A stretch of 64,000 nt of DNA from contig WFPM01000014.1 in assembly GCA_015487635.1 (NCBI GenBank), positions 407 through 64,406 on the forward strand. Direction: 5' to 3'. The DNA is from Rhodothermus sp. (GTDB lineage Bacteria > Bacteroidota > Rhodothermia > Rhodothermales > Rhodothermaceae). Both the position numbers and the translations under genes were made by a program. Shown piece after piece: positions 48,810 to 58,997 of the stretch (position 1 is the first letter of the stretch; each line of letters opens with the position of its first letter). Below the pieces are notes generated by a model. That model worked only from the letters and a program-made list of their open reading frames with translations. It did no database searches and was not told where the DNA came from.

Positions 48810-48840
48810 TTGACACACGTACACGGAAACCCTAAATTTG
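48810..48840 (+). promoter_or_regulatory. Promoter of rplM-rpsI (TTGACA-N17-TAAATT; the -10 region also reads TAAATTTG)
   Basis: The hexamers were read directly at 48810-48815 and 48833-48838. TAAATTTG matches the TAnnTTTG -7 element described for Bacteroidetes promoters. Confidence 0.5.
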
Positions 48841-48862
48841 GCGGCTACGTTTCCTGAGAACG

Positions 48863-48887
48863 ACGTCCGGCCAGACCGGACGTTTTT
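48863..48887 (+). terminator. Terminator-like hairpin in the rplM leader (possible attenuator)
   Basis: ACGTCCGG-CCAGA-CCGGACGT followed by TTTTT, about 20 nt upstream of the rplM ATG and downstream of the predicted promoter. Confidence 0.4.
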
Positions 48888-48908
48888 ATTGGCTTTCGAC
48901 GAAGCGCC

Positions 48909-49352
48909 ATGGATGTCAACAGCTACAAGACCTATAGCGCCAAGCCCGGAGAGGTTACGCGCAACTGGTACGTGATCGACGCCGAGGGTCAGGTGCTGGG
49001 CCGGCTGGCCTCGCGGATTGCCACGATCCTGCGGGGCAAGCACAAGCCCACCTACACGCCCCATGTGGACATGGGCGACTTTGTGATCGTAATTAACGCG
49101 GACAAGGTGCGCCTGACCGGCAAGAAAGAGCTGCAGAAGCAGTACTTCAAACACTCTGGCTATCCGGGCGGTGTGCGGCTGCGCACACCCGCTTACATGC
49201 GTAAGCACCGTCCGGAGTTTTTGATTGAGCACGCGGTCAAGGGCATGCTGCCCAAGGGACCGCTTGGACGGCGCATGCTGCGCAAGCTGAAGGTGTACGC
49301 GGGACCCTCGCATCCGCACGGGGCCCAGAAACCCATTGAACTCACGTTGTAA
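48909..49352 (+). CDS. rplM: 50S ribosomal protein L13
   Basis: 147 aa; [33 protein letters not shown]. Confidence 0.92.
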   Translation: MDVNSYKTYSAKPGEVTRNWYVIDAEGQVLGRLASRIATILRGKHKPTYTPHVDMGDFVIVINADKVRLTGKKELQKQYFKHSGYPGGVRLRTPAYMRKHRPEFLIEHAVKGMLPKGPLGRRMLRKLKVYAGPSHPHGAQKPIELTL

Positions 49353-49372
49353 CGAAGGCCTGCAGGCACGTT

Positions 49373-49774
49373 ATGGCTACAGCAACCCTGACCCAGTGGA
49401 TTGCGGTTGGCCGCCGGAAGACGGCCACGGCGCGCGTTTACCTGCGGCCGGGAAACGGTCAGATTACGGTGAACCGCCGCCCCTTTGAAGAATACTTCCC
49501 GCTGGAATGGCGGCGCAAAGTGATTCTGGCACCCTTCGAGGTGACGGGTACGATGGGCCAGTTCGACGTACTCGTCAACGTCAAAGGCGGTGGTCTGACC
49601 GGCCAGGCCGAGGCCATCCGCCACGGCATTGCCCGGGCGCTGGTCGCCTACAACCCGGAATTCCGAAAGCCGCTGCGCGATGCCGGCTTCCTGACGCGCG
49701 ACCCGCGCATGGTCGAGCGCAAGAAGTACGGCCAGCCCAAGGCGCGCAAACGGTTCCAGTTCTCGAAGCGGTAA
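49373..49774 (+). CDS. rpsI: 30S ribosomal protein S9
   Basis: 133 aa; [19 protein letters not shown] and a C-terminal [11 protein letters not shown]. Confidence 0.92.
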   Translation: MATATLTQWIAVGRRKTATARVYLRPGNGQITVNRRPFEEYFPLEWRRKVILAPFEVTGTMGQFDVLVNVKGGGLTGQAEAIRHGIARALVAYNPEFRKPLRDAGFLTRDPRMVERKKYGQPKARKRFQFSKR

Positions 49775-49875
49775 TTTTTCAATCACCCATACCTCCCGAT
49801 GTCCGGTCGGGTGGTCGCCTGCAGGCGGCTGAGCCGGACAGATGACGGAGGTAGCGGCCTAACCCGAAACCAGCC

Positions 49876-50772
49876 ATGAGCGAACACGAAACGCAACCCG
49901 TTCCCGAAACGGAAGCTTCGGCTTCCGAAGAGGCGACAGCCGAAGTGGCCGAAGCCACGACCGAAACGTCGGCCACTGAAGCCCAGCCCACCCATCGCGT
50001 CTCCATCGAGGAGTTGCTCAAAGCGGGCGCCCACTTCGGGCACCTGACCAGCCGGTGGAATCCCAAAATGCGCCCCTTCATCTTCATGGAGCGCAACGGG
50101 ATCCACATCATCGATCTGGTGCAGACGCAGCAGCTCCTCGATCGCGCGGCCGAAGCGGCCGCCCGCTTTGCCCGTCAGGGCAAGAAGATCCTGTTCGTCG
50201 GCACCAAGAAGCAGGCCCGCGACATCGTTCGCAAATACGCGGAAGCCTGCGGCCAGCCCTACGTCGTCGAACGCTGGCTGGGCGGCACGCTGACCAACTT
50301 CCAGACGATCCGCCAGAGCATCCGCCGCATGGAAGAGCTGGCCCGGATGGAAGAAGAAGGCATCCTGGACCAGCTCAAGAAAAAAGAACGGCTGATGAAG
50401 CGCCGCGAACGCGAAAAGCTGGAGCGGACGCTCGGCGGCATCGCCCAGATGGCCAAACTCCCGGGCGCGCTGTTCATCGTCGACGTGGTGCGTGAGCACA
50501 TCGCCGTCAGCGAAGCGCGCAAGCTCGGCATTCCCATCATCGCCATCGTCGATACGAACGCCGACCCGGAGCTGATCGACTACCCGATCCCGGCCAACGA
50601 CGACGCCGTACGCTCCATCGAATTGATCACCTCGGTGATCGCCAACGCGATCATCGAAGGCGCCAAGCAGCGCGAGCAGGAAGAAGCCTCGCGCAAAGCG
50701 GCGCGGGAAAAGCGCGCAGCCGAAGCCGAAGCCGCCAAAGAAGCACGCCGACGTCGCAAGAAAGGCTCCTGA
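49876..50772 (+). CDS. rpsB: 30S ribosomal protein S2 (with acidic N-terminal and basic C-terminal extensions)
   Basis: The core begins [15 protein letters not shown] at about residue 42. The conserved S2 body follows. Confidence 0.88.
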   Translation: MSEHETQPVPETEASASEEATAEVAEATTETSATEAQPTHRVSIEELLKAGAHFGHLTSRWNPKMRPFIFMERNGIHIIDLVQTQQLLDRAAEAAARFARQGKKILFVGTKKQARDIVRKYAEACGQPYVVERWLGGTLTNFQTIRQSIRRMEELARMEEEGILDQLKKKERLMKRREREKLERTLGGIAQMAKLPGALFIVDVVREHIAVSEARKLGIPIIAIVDTNADPELIDYPIPANDDAVRSIELITSVIANAIIEGAKQREQEEASRKAAREKRAAEAEAAKEARRRRKKGS

Positions 50773-50805
50773 TTTCTCCCAGAACATAAACGACCGACAT
50801 AAACA

Positions 50806-51636
<831 letters not shown>

Positions 51637-51652
51637 CCCGCAAGACGCCACA

Positions 51653-51681
51653 AGCCCGAACCGCTGGGTTCGGGCTTTTTT
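51653..51681 (+). terminator. Rho-independent terminator after tsf
   Basis: AGCCCGAACC-GCT-GGTTCGGGCT stem-loop followed by TTTTTT. Confidence 0.7.
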
Positions 51682-51766
51682 GTAGCCGATCGGCTCCTGG
51701 CCCCGACTGGGGCGTTGAATCCCTGCCCGAAAGGGCCTACTTTTCGGAAGCAAGACCCTCCGAGTC

Positions 51767-52552
51767 ATGGCTGGCGAATCGGACACGTCGAACAACCGAC
51801 CGCGCCCCCGCTACCGCCGCATCCTGCTCAAACTGAGCGGCGAGGCCCTCATGGGCCAGAAGCCCTACGGCATCGACTGGCACGTACTGGAAACCTACGC
51901 CCGGGAAATCCGCCAGGTGGTCGAGCTGGGCGTGGCCGTGGGCATCGTCATCGGCGGCGGCAACATCTTTCGGGGCGTGCAGAACGCCTCGCGCGGCATG
52001 AAGCGGGCCCATGCCGACTACATGGGCATGCTGGCCACCATGATCAATGCGATGGCCCTGCAGGACGCGCTCGAACAGGCCGGGCTCGACACGCGCCTGC
52101 AGTCGAGCATCAAAATGGAACAGATTGCCGAGCCGTTCATCCGCCGCCGGGCCATTCGCCATCTGGAAAAAGGACGGGTGGTGATCTTCGGCGCCGGGAC
52201 GGGCAACCCGTACTTCACCACCGACACGGCCGCCGCGCTGCGCGCGCTGGAAATCGAGGCCGAGGTGCTGCTCAAGGGCACGCGCGTCGACGGCGTCTAT
52301 TCGGCCGATCCGGAGCGCGATCCCAACGCCCGGCTGTTTACCACCATCCACGGACGCGAAGTGATTCAGCGGGATCTGCGCGTGATGGACATGACCGCCT
52401 TCACGCTATGCCGGGAAGCCGGCCTGCCCATCATTGTGTTCAACATGAACAAACCCGGCAACCTGTTGCGCGTGGTCTGCGGCGAGCCGGTCGGGACGCT
52501 GGTCTACTGGACCGAAACGCCTCCGTCGTTTGCCGAAACCGCTCAGGCCTGA
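51767..52552 (+). CDS. pyrH: UMP kinase
   Basis: [10 protein letters not shown] and [21 protein letters not shown] motifs. Confidence 0.92.
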   Translation: MAGESDTSNNRPRPRYRRILLKLSGEALMGQKPYGIDWHVLETYAREIRQVVELGVAVGIVIGGGNIFRGVQNASRGMKRAHADYMGMLATMINAMALQDALEQAGLDTRLQSSIKMEQIAEPFIRRRAIRHLEKGRVVIFGAGTGNPYFTTDTAAALRALEIEAEVLLKGTRVDGVYSADPERDPNARLFTTIHGREVIQRDLRVMDMTAFTLCREAGLPIIVFNMNKPGNLLRVVCGEPVGTLVYWTETPPSFAETAQA

Positions 52553-52576
52553 TCACGAACCCAACCCAACGGGACT

Positions 52577-53155
52577 ATGGTGGCCATACCGAACGAACAC
52601 CTGCAATTGATTCTGGACGACGCGCGCGAGCATATGGAAAAGTCGCTTGCGCACCTGCGCACCGAGCTGGCCACGCTCCGGGCCGGACGCGCCACGCCGG
52701 CCATGCTCGAAGACGTGCGCGTCGAATACTACGGCACGATGACGCCGCTCATGCAGTTGGCCAGCATCACGGCACCCCAGCCGGACCTGCTCATCGTACA
52801 ACCCTGGGACCGCTCGGCACTGGGTGCCATCGAACGGGCCATCATCAACGCCAACCTGGGACTCAATCCTTCCAACGACGGCAACCTCATCCGCATTCCG
52901 ATTCCGCCGCTTTCCGAAGAGCGACGCAAGGAACTGGTCCGCGCCGCCCGCATCCGGGCCGAAGAAGCCCGCGTGGCCATCCGCAACATCCGGCGGCACG
53001 CCAAAGACCACATCAAAAAAGCCAAGGAGGAAGAGCACCTGCCGGAAGATCTCTGCCACGCGGCCGAGGAAGAGCTGCAGAAGCTGACCGATACCTATAT
53101 CGAAAAGGTCAACCAGCTCCTGGAGCGCAAAGAGGCCGAAATCATGGAAGTCTGA
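52577..53155 (+). CDS. frr: Ribosome recycling factor
   Basis: 192 aa; LRAGRATPAMLE and IRNIRR motifs. Lies downstream of pyrH. Confidence 0.92.
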   Translation: MVAIPNEHLQLILDDAREHMEKSLAHLRTELATLRAGRATPAMLEDVRVEYYGTMTPLMQLASITAPQPDLLIVQPWDRSALGAIERAIINANLGLNPSNDGNLIRIPIPPLSEERRKELVRAARIRAEEARVAIRNIRRHAKDHIKKAKEEEHLPEDLCHAAEEELQKLTDTYIEKVNQLLERKEAEIMEV

Positions 53156-53206
53156 CGGGAGGCCCGGAACTCCCGGCCGACCGATGCCATAAAGTAAGGC
53201 GCTTGC

Positions 53207-53298
<92 letters not shown>

Positions 53299-53340
53299 GC
53301 CGGGTTGCCGTCAATCGAAGGGCAACCCGGCTTTTCGTTT
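53299..53340 (+). terminator. Terminator hairpin after tRNA-Ser
   Basis: GCCGGGTTGCC (53299-53309) / GGCAACCCGGC (53321-53331) followed by TTTT. Confidence 0.6.
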
Positions 53341-53363
53341 GGACCAACCCGACGTTGCGGCCC

Positions 53364-54242
53364 ATGATCGCCAGCATGACCGGCTTCGGGCGCGGCCAGG
53401 CCGAACGCGACGGTTTCACGGCCACCGTCGAGCTGCGCTCGGTCAACAACCGCTATCTGGACGTTTCGGTGCGGCTGCCCCGCATCGCGTCGCTCTACGA
53501 ACCGGACGTCCTGGCGGCCATCCGTCAGGCTTTCAGCCGCGGCCGCATCACCGCCCAGATTGACCTGAAGCTGCCGCCGGAAGCAGGGCTCCTGCCGCGC
53601 CTTAACCTCGACGTGGCCCGCCAGTACCTGACCCAGCTCGAAGCGCTGCGCGCGGAAACCGGCCTGTCCGACCCGATCCGGCTCGAGCACCTGCTGGCGC
53701 TGCCCGAGCTTTTCGAGCGTCCGGAAGTGCCCGAAGAAGACGAGCGCATCCGCCAGGTACTGATGGAGGCGCTCGCCCAGGCCATCAGGACGCTGCAGGC
53801 CACCCGCCGTCAGGAAGGGGCCCTGCTGCAGGCCGACCTAGAAGCCCGCCTGGAGGCCATCGCCCGCCGCGTCGAAGCCATCGAAGCCCGCGCGCCCGAA
53901 CGCCTCGTCGAAGCCCGGGAAAAACTGCGCGCCCGCGTGCAGGAACTGCTGCGGGACGAACAGATCGACCCCGACCGACTCGAGCTTGAAATTGTGCTAC
54001 TGGCCGATCGGCTCGACATCACCGAGGAGTGCGTCCGGCTGCGTGCCCACCTGCAGCACTTCCGCGAGGCGCTGCAGGCCGAGGAACCCAGCGGCCGCCG
54101 CTTGAACTTCCTGACCCAGGAGCTGCACCGCGAAGCCAACACGATCAACGCCAAGGCCAACGACGCCACGATCGCCCTGCTGGCCGTCGAAATCAAAGAA
54201 GAAGTCGAAAAAATCCGCGAGCAGATTCAGAACATCGAGTAG
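53364..54242 (+). CDS. yicC: YicC-family stress-induced protein
   Basis: The start was set at MIASMTGFGRGQ. VELRSVNNRYLD and the C-terminal EIKEEVEKIREQIQNIE are typical of YicC. Confidence 0.85.
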   Translation: MIASMTGFGRGQAERDGFTATVELRSVNNRYLDVSVRLPRIASLYEPDVLAAIRQAFSRGRITAQIDLKLPPEAGLLPRLNLDVARQYLTQLEALRAETGLSDPIRLEHLLALPELFERPEVPEEDERIRQVLMEALAQAIRTLQATRRQEGALLQADLEARLEAIARRVEAIEARAPERLVEAREKLRARVQELLRDEQIDPDRLELEIVLLADRLDITEECVRLRAHLQHFREALQAEEPSGRRLNFLTQELHREANTINAKANDATIALLAVEIKEEVEKIREQIQNIE

Positions 54243-54245
54243 CCC

Positions 54246-54815
54246 ATGCCGGAGCCCCGGATCGTCATTCTGACCGCACCCAGCGGGGCCGGAAAAACCA
54301 CGCTGGCCCGTCGCCTTCAGGAGGCGCTGCCCCGGCTCCGGTTTTCCGTATCGGCCACCACGCGCCCGCCTCGCCCCGGCGAGCGCCATGGCGTGGATTA
54401 CTATTTTCTAACTGAAGACGAATTCCGGCGACTGATCGAACAGGGCGAGCTGATCGAGTACGAAGAGGTCTATCCAGGCCGTTTCTACGGCACGCTGCGC
54501 CGGGAAATCGAACAGGCCAGCCGCGAACATCCCGTGCTGCTCGACATCGACGTTAAAGGCGCCCTGCGGGTCAAAGAATTGTTCGGCGACGACGCTTTTG
54601 CCCTCTTCGTCCGGCCGCCCTCACTGGAAGCGCTGGCCGAACGCCTGCGCAACCGGGGCACCGAAGACGAAACCACGCTGCGCCAGCGTCTGGAGCGCGC
54701 CCGAATGGAACTGGCCATGGCCGATCGTTTCGACGCCGTGGTGGTCAACGACGATCTGGAGCGGGCCGCGGCCGAAACCCTTCGTCTGGTGCGCTCGTTT
54801 CTGGAGCGGCCTTAA
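54246..54815 (+). CDS. gmk: Guanylate kinase
   Basis: P-loop APSGAGKTT and the SATTRPPRPGE motif. Confidence 0.92.
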   Translation: MPEPRIVILTAPSGAGKTTLARRLQEALPRLRFSVSATTRPPRPGERHGVDYYFLTEDEFRRLIEQGELIEYEEVYPGRFYGTLRREIEQASREHPVLLDIDVKGALRVKELFGDDAFALFVRPPSLEALAERLRNRGTEDETTLRQRLERARMELAMADRFDAVVVNDDLERAAAETLRLVRSFLERP

Positions 54816-54827
54816 CCTCCGATCCCC

Positions 54828-56054
54828 ATGGCCGCACAACCGCTCGCCGCGCTCGAAGGCCGCCATCTGTTGCTGGGCGTCACCGGGAGCATTGCCGCCT
54901 ACAAGGCGGCCGAGCTGGTCCGGCTGTTCAAAAAAGCCGGCGCCGAGGTGCAGGTCATCATGACGCCCGACGCCACGCGCTTCATCACGCCGCTGACACT
55001 CGGCACGCTTTCCGAGCGCGAGGTGCTCGTCGATCTCTTTCCGGAGAACGAACCCGGCTCCTGGACGAAGCACGTCCATCTCGGACGCTGGGCCGATCTG
55101 GCCGTCGTGGCGCCCGCCACAGCTCAGACGCTGGCCCGTCTGGCGCATGGCTTTTGCGACACAATGCTGGCCGCTACGCTTCTTTCGGCCCGCTGCCCGG
55201 TGCTGCTCTGCCCGGCCATGGACCACGACATGTACCACCATCCGGCCACGCAGCGAAATCTGGAGCTGTTGCGCCGGTACGGCTACGAGATCCTGCCACC
55301 GGAGTTCGGCGAGCTGGCCAGCGGGCTCGTGGGCGACGGCCGCCTACCCGATCCGGAGCGCATCGCGGCGCAGGTGGCCGCCCTGCTCGCACGACGGCAT
55401 TCCCTGGCCGGCAAGCACGTGCTGGTGACGGCCGGCCCCACCCGGGAGATGATCGATCCGGTGCGCTGCCTGACGAACCCTTCCACCGGCACCATGGGCT
55501 TTGCGCTGGCCCGCGCGGCCTCCCGACGCGGCGCTCGCGTGACGCTCATCACCGGTCCCACGCTGCTGCCCACCCCGCCCGGCGTCACCCGCATCGACGT
55601 CACCTCGGCCCGTGAGATGTACGAGGCCGTGCTCCGGCATGCCGACACGGCCGACTTTGTCTTCATGGCGGCCGCCGTGGCCGACTACGCGCCCGTCGAA
55701 ACCGCACCCTCCAAGCTCAAAAAAGAAGCGGACGAACTGGTGCTCCGCCTGCGCCGCACCCCCGACATTCTGGCCGAACTGGGCCGTCGCCGCCGATCGG
55801 ATCAGGTGCTCGTGGGTTTTGCCATGGAAACCGACAATGCGCTTGAAAACGCCCGCGATAAGCTACGCCGCAAGAACCTCGACTGGATCGCACTCAACCG
55901 CCTGAACGAACCGGGCGCCGGCTTCGGCACCGGCACCAACCGTCTGACGCTGCTGCACCGGAGCGGCCACCTCGAAGAACTGCCCCTCCTTCCCAAAGAC
56001 GAAGCGGCCGAAGCACTGCTCGACCGCGTGCTGGCGTCTCTTGAGAACGCCTGA
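54828..56054 (+). CDS. coaBC: Bifunctional phosphopantothenoylcysteine decarboxylase / phosphopantothenate-cysteine ligase
   Basis: 408 aa. N-terminal flavoprotein LLGVTGSIAAYKA. The C-terminal CoaB region has VTAGPTRE and the AAVADY motif. Confidence 0.9.
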   Translation: MAAQPLAALEGRHLLLGVTGSIAAYKAAELVRLFKKAGAEVQVIMTPDATRFITPLTLGTLSEREVLVDLFPENEPGSWTKHVHLGRWADLAVVAPATAQTLARLAHGFCDTMLAATLLSARCPVLLCPAMDHDMYHHPATQRNLELLRRYGYEILPPEFGELASGLVGDGRLPDPERIAAQVAALLARRHSLAGKHVLVTAGPTREMIDPVRCLTNPSTGTMGFALARAASRRGARVTLITGPTLLPTPPGVTRIDVTSAREMYEAVLRHADTADFVFMAAAVADYAPVETAPSKLKKEADELVLRLRRTPDILAELGRRRRSDQVLVGFAMETDNALENARDKLRRKNLDWIALNRLNEPGAGFGTGTNRLTLLHRSGHLEELPLLPKDEAAEALLDRVLASLENA

Positions 56055-56191
56055 TATGAGATTTTAGTGCAGTTGCAGGAGCGTCCTGAAGGCGGAAAGC
56101 CACGACCTCTGCTCCGCCGGCTGGTGGGAGTGGACGGCGCTGAAATTGGCAAACGTGTTTGAATGCAGCGGCTCCCGCGCCATTGTGTTCG

Positions 56192-56236
56192 GCTCCCCCT
56201 TGAGGGGGAGCTGTCGCGAAGCGGCTGAAGGGGTGA
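56192..56236. repeat. Hairpin repeat element, copy B
   Basis: GCTCCCCCT-TG-AGGGGGAGC followed by TGTCGCGAAGCGGCTGAAGGGGTGA. It matches the reverse complement of 35642-35687. Confidence 0.7.
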
Positions 56237-56328
56237 TCATTGTTCAATCGCCGATGAGATTTTCGCTTGTCTCTCGCGCCAAAAGCCTGTAGCTTTGGGG
56301 AAGTGTCGTCAACGTCCCGGGAGGGCCC

Positions 56329-57120
56329 ATGCAGGAGCTGCTACACGCCGTCCGTGACGCCCTGCTGCAGGAGTACGTCCTGCTGGGCCCGCTGGGCTTC
56401 TGGAAAAACCCGGTCACCATGTCCACCCCAGAACACGCCCCGAGCAACCAGGACCTGTTCGGCCAGCCACAACCACCGCCGGAATCGGCCTCGGCGGATC
56501 CCTATGCCCGCATCGAGGCGCAGATTCCGCCCGACTCGCCGCTGCGAGCCATGCGCACGCTGGACGAAGTGGCCCGCTACGTGGCCGAAACGGTCCTGAT
56601 CCCGATCGACGCCCGACGCACGAACCCGGTCTTCGGCGTCGGTAACCCCGAGGCGGATCTCATGGTGATCGGCGAGGCGCCCGGGGCCGAAGAAGATCGC
56701 CAGGGCGAGCCGTTCGTGGGTCCGGCCGGCCAGTTGCTCAACAAAATGCTCAAAGCCATCGGCTTCGAGCGCGAAGAAGTCTACATCACGAACGTGCTGA
56801 AAAGCCGCCCGCCCCACAACCGGGATCCCCAGCCGGATGAAATCGAAGCGCACCTGCCCATTCTGTACAAACAGATCGCGCTCGTGAAGCCCCGGATCAT
56901 CCTGTGCGTGGGGCGCATTGCCGGCAACGCGTTGCTGGGCCGGAACGATTCGCTGCGTGCCCTTCGGGGCAAGGTGCACGACTTTCATGGGCTGCCGGTG
57001 GTCGTTACCTTCCACCCGGCCGCCCTGCTGCGCAATCCCCAGTGGAAGCGGCTGGCCTGGGAAGATCTCCAGCTACTGCGCGCCCACTACGACCGCCTGA
57101 TGGGCACGGCAACGCGCTGA
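56329..57120 (+). CDS. udg: Family 4 uracil-DNA glycosylase (start uncertain)
   Basis: [27 protein letters not shown] and the HPAALLRNP motif. The N-terminal ~80 aa is an unconserved extension, so the true start may lie downstream. Confidence 0.8.
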   Translation: MQELLHAVRDALLQEYVLLGPLGFWKNPVTMSTPEHAPSNQDLFGQPQPPPESASADPYARIEAQIPPDSPLRAMRTLDEVARYVAETVLIPIDARRTNPVFGVGNPEADLMVIGEAPGAEEDRQGEPFVGPAGQLLNKMLKAIGFEREEVYITNVLKSRPPHNRDPQPDEIEAHLPILYKQIALVKPRIILCVGRIAGNALLGRNDSLRALRGKVHDFHGLPVVVTFHPAALLRNPQWKRLAWEDLQLLRAHYDRLMGTATR

Positions 57121-57136
57121 AACCTGCAGGAAAACC

Positions 57137-58690
57137 ATGGCCGAGTTTGAGGAACGTCCCCGGTTGAGCATTGGCGAAGAGGAAGCGCCACCCTACCCGC
57201 TGGAAAAACTGACCGGCGGGCGCCGGCGCTCGCGTGCCCAGATTCATGCGCTACACCAGCAGGCCGGGCGCGTGCCACCTCAGGCCGTCGAGCTGGAACA
57301 GGCCGTGCTCGGCGCCATGCTCATCGAGCCGGAGGCGATCCCCCGGGCGCTGGAGATTCTGACGCCCGAGTCGTTCTATGACGGCCGCCACCAGCGCATC
57401 TTTCGAGCCATTATCCGGCTGTTCGAACAGAACCGCGGCGTCGACCTGCTGACGGTCACCGAAGAGCTGCGTCGCACGGGCGAGCTGGAGCAGGCCGGCG
57501 ACACCGTCTACCTGAGCGAGCTGACTACGCGGGTGGCCTCGGCGGCCAACGTCGAATACCACGCCCGAATCATCGCCGAGAAGGCGCTGCTGCGCCGTAT
57601 GATCGAGGTGATGACGCTGCTCATCGGTCGCGCCTACGATCCGGCCGCCGACGCCTTCGAGCTGCTCGACGAGGTGGAGGCCGAGATCTTCCGGCTGTCA
57701 GACGTGCACCTGCGCAAGGCCGCCCGCTCCATGAATGAAATCGTCAAAGAGACGCTGGAGCGGCTGGAAGCCATCCACGGCCGGCCGGGCGGCATCACGG
57801 GCGTGCCCAGCGGCTTTCACCAGCTCGATGCGCTCACGGGCGGCTGGCAACGAGGCGACCTGGTGATCATCGCTGCCCGTCCGTCCATGGGCAAGACGGC
57901 TTTTGCGCTGAGCTGTGCCCGCAACGCGGCCCTGCATCCGCACTACGGTACGGGCGTGGCCATCTTCTCGCTGGAGATGGGCGCCGAGCAACTGGCCCAG
58001 CGCCTGCTGACGGCCGAAGCCCGCGTCGATGCCCAGGCGGCCCGCACCGGACGACTGCGCGACGAGGACTGGCGCAAGCTGGCCCGTGCGGCCGGCCGCC
58101 TTTCGGATGCCCCGATCTTTATCGACGACACCCCTTCGCTCAGCGTGCTCGAACTCCGCGCCAAATGCCGCCGCCTGAAGGCCGAGCACGACATCGGGCT
58201 GGTGATCGTCGACTACTTGCAGCTCATGCAGGCCTCCCACATGCCCCGCAACGCCAACCGCGAGCAGGAAATCGCCCAGATCTCCCGCTCGCTCAAAGCA
58301 CTGGCCAAGGAGCTGAACGTGCCCGTTGTGGCCCTCTCCCAGCTCAGCCGCGCCGTCGAAACCCGCGGCGGCGACAAACGCCCCCAGCTCTCCGATCTAC
58401 GCGAAAGCGGCAGCATCGAGCAAGACGCCGACGTCGTGCTGTTTATCTATCGACCCGAGCGCTACGGGATTACGGTGGATGAAAACGGTAACTCCACCGA
58501 GGGTATCGCCGAGATCATTATCGGCAAGCAGCGCAACGGCCCGACCGGCACCGTGCGCCTGGCCTTCATCAACCAGTACGCCCGTTTCGAGAACCTGACG
58601 ATGTACCAACCGGAGCCGGAGGCTCCCCTCCCTGAGACGCCGGATGAGACCATCCTGCCTTCCGGGCCTCCCGACGAAGCGCCTTTCTGA
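57137..58690 (+). CDS. dnaB: Replicative DNA helicase DnaB
   Basis: PPQAVELEQAVLGAML in the N-domain. Walker A ARPSMGKTAFAL. IVDYLQLM and SQLSRAVE motifs. No intein-sized insertion. Confidence 0.92.
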   Translation: MAEFEERPRLSIGEEEAPPYPLEKLTGGRRRSRAQIHALHQQAGRVPPQAVELEQAVLGAMLIEPEAIPRALEILTPESFYDGRHQRIFRAIIRLFEQNRGVDLLTVTEELRRTGELEQAGDTVYLSELTTRVASAANVEYHARIIAEKALLRRMIEVMTLLIGRAYDPAADAFELLDEVEAEIFRLSDVHLRKAARSMNEIVKETLERLEAIHGRPGGITGVPSGFHQLDALTGGWQRGDLVIIAARPSMGKTAFALSCARNAALHPHYGTGVAIFSLEMGAEQLAQRLLTAEARVDAQAARTGRLRDEDWRKLARAAGRLSDAPIFIDDTPSLSVLELRAKCRRLKAEHDIGLVIVDYLQLMQASHMPRNANREQEIAQISRSLKALAKELNVPVVALSQLSRAVETRGGDKRPQLSDLRESGSIEQDADVVLFIYRPERYGITVDENGNSTEGIAEIIIGKQRNGPTGTVRLAFINQYARFENLTMYQPEPEAPLPETPDETILPSGPPDEAPF

Positions 58691-58731
58691 ATGGAAAAAA
58701 GCCCCGGCGCCTTGCGCACCAGGGCTCTCGG

Positions 58732-58802
58732 AGGTGACGGGCGGATTCGAACCGCCGTACGGGGCTTTGCAGGCCCCTGCCTAACCACTCGGCCACGTCA
58801 CC
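58732..58802 (-). tRNA. tRNA-Cys (anticodon GCA)
   Basis: The reverse complement folds as acceptor GGTGACG/CGTCACC, anticodon stem GGGGC/GCCCC with loop CTGCAAA, T-arm GGCGG-TTCGAAT-CCGCC and discriminator T. The CCA is not fully encoded. Confidence 0.88.
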
Positions 58803-58997
58803 CTCTCCGCGTGGTCTTACGACCAAAGGAAGCCGCCGGATCCATCGGGCGCACGGCTAACGAGCTTTTCGTCGGCGGGTTCCATACATAGACAACGAGC
58901 TTGATAACCAGCATTGAATCTCTGTCAGGAAATCCTTTGCGCCTGCACTGGACTTTAACGCCTTATATTTCAAGAGGCAATCAACACCCTGTTTCCC

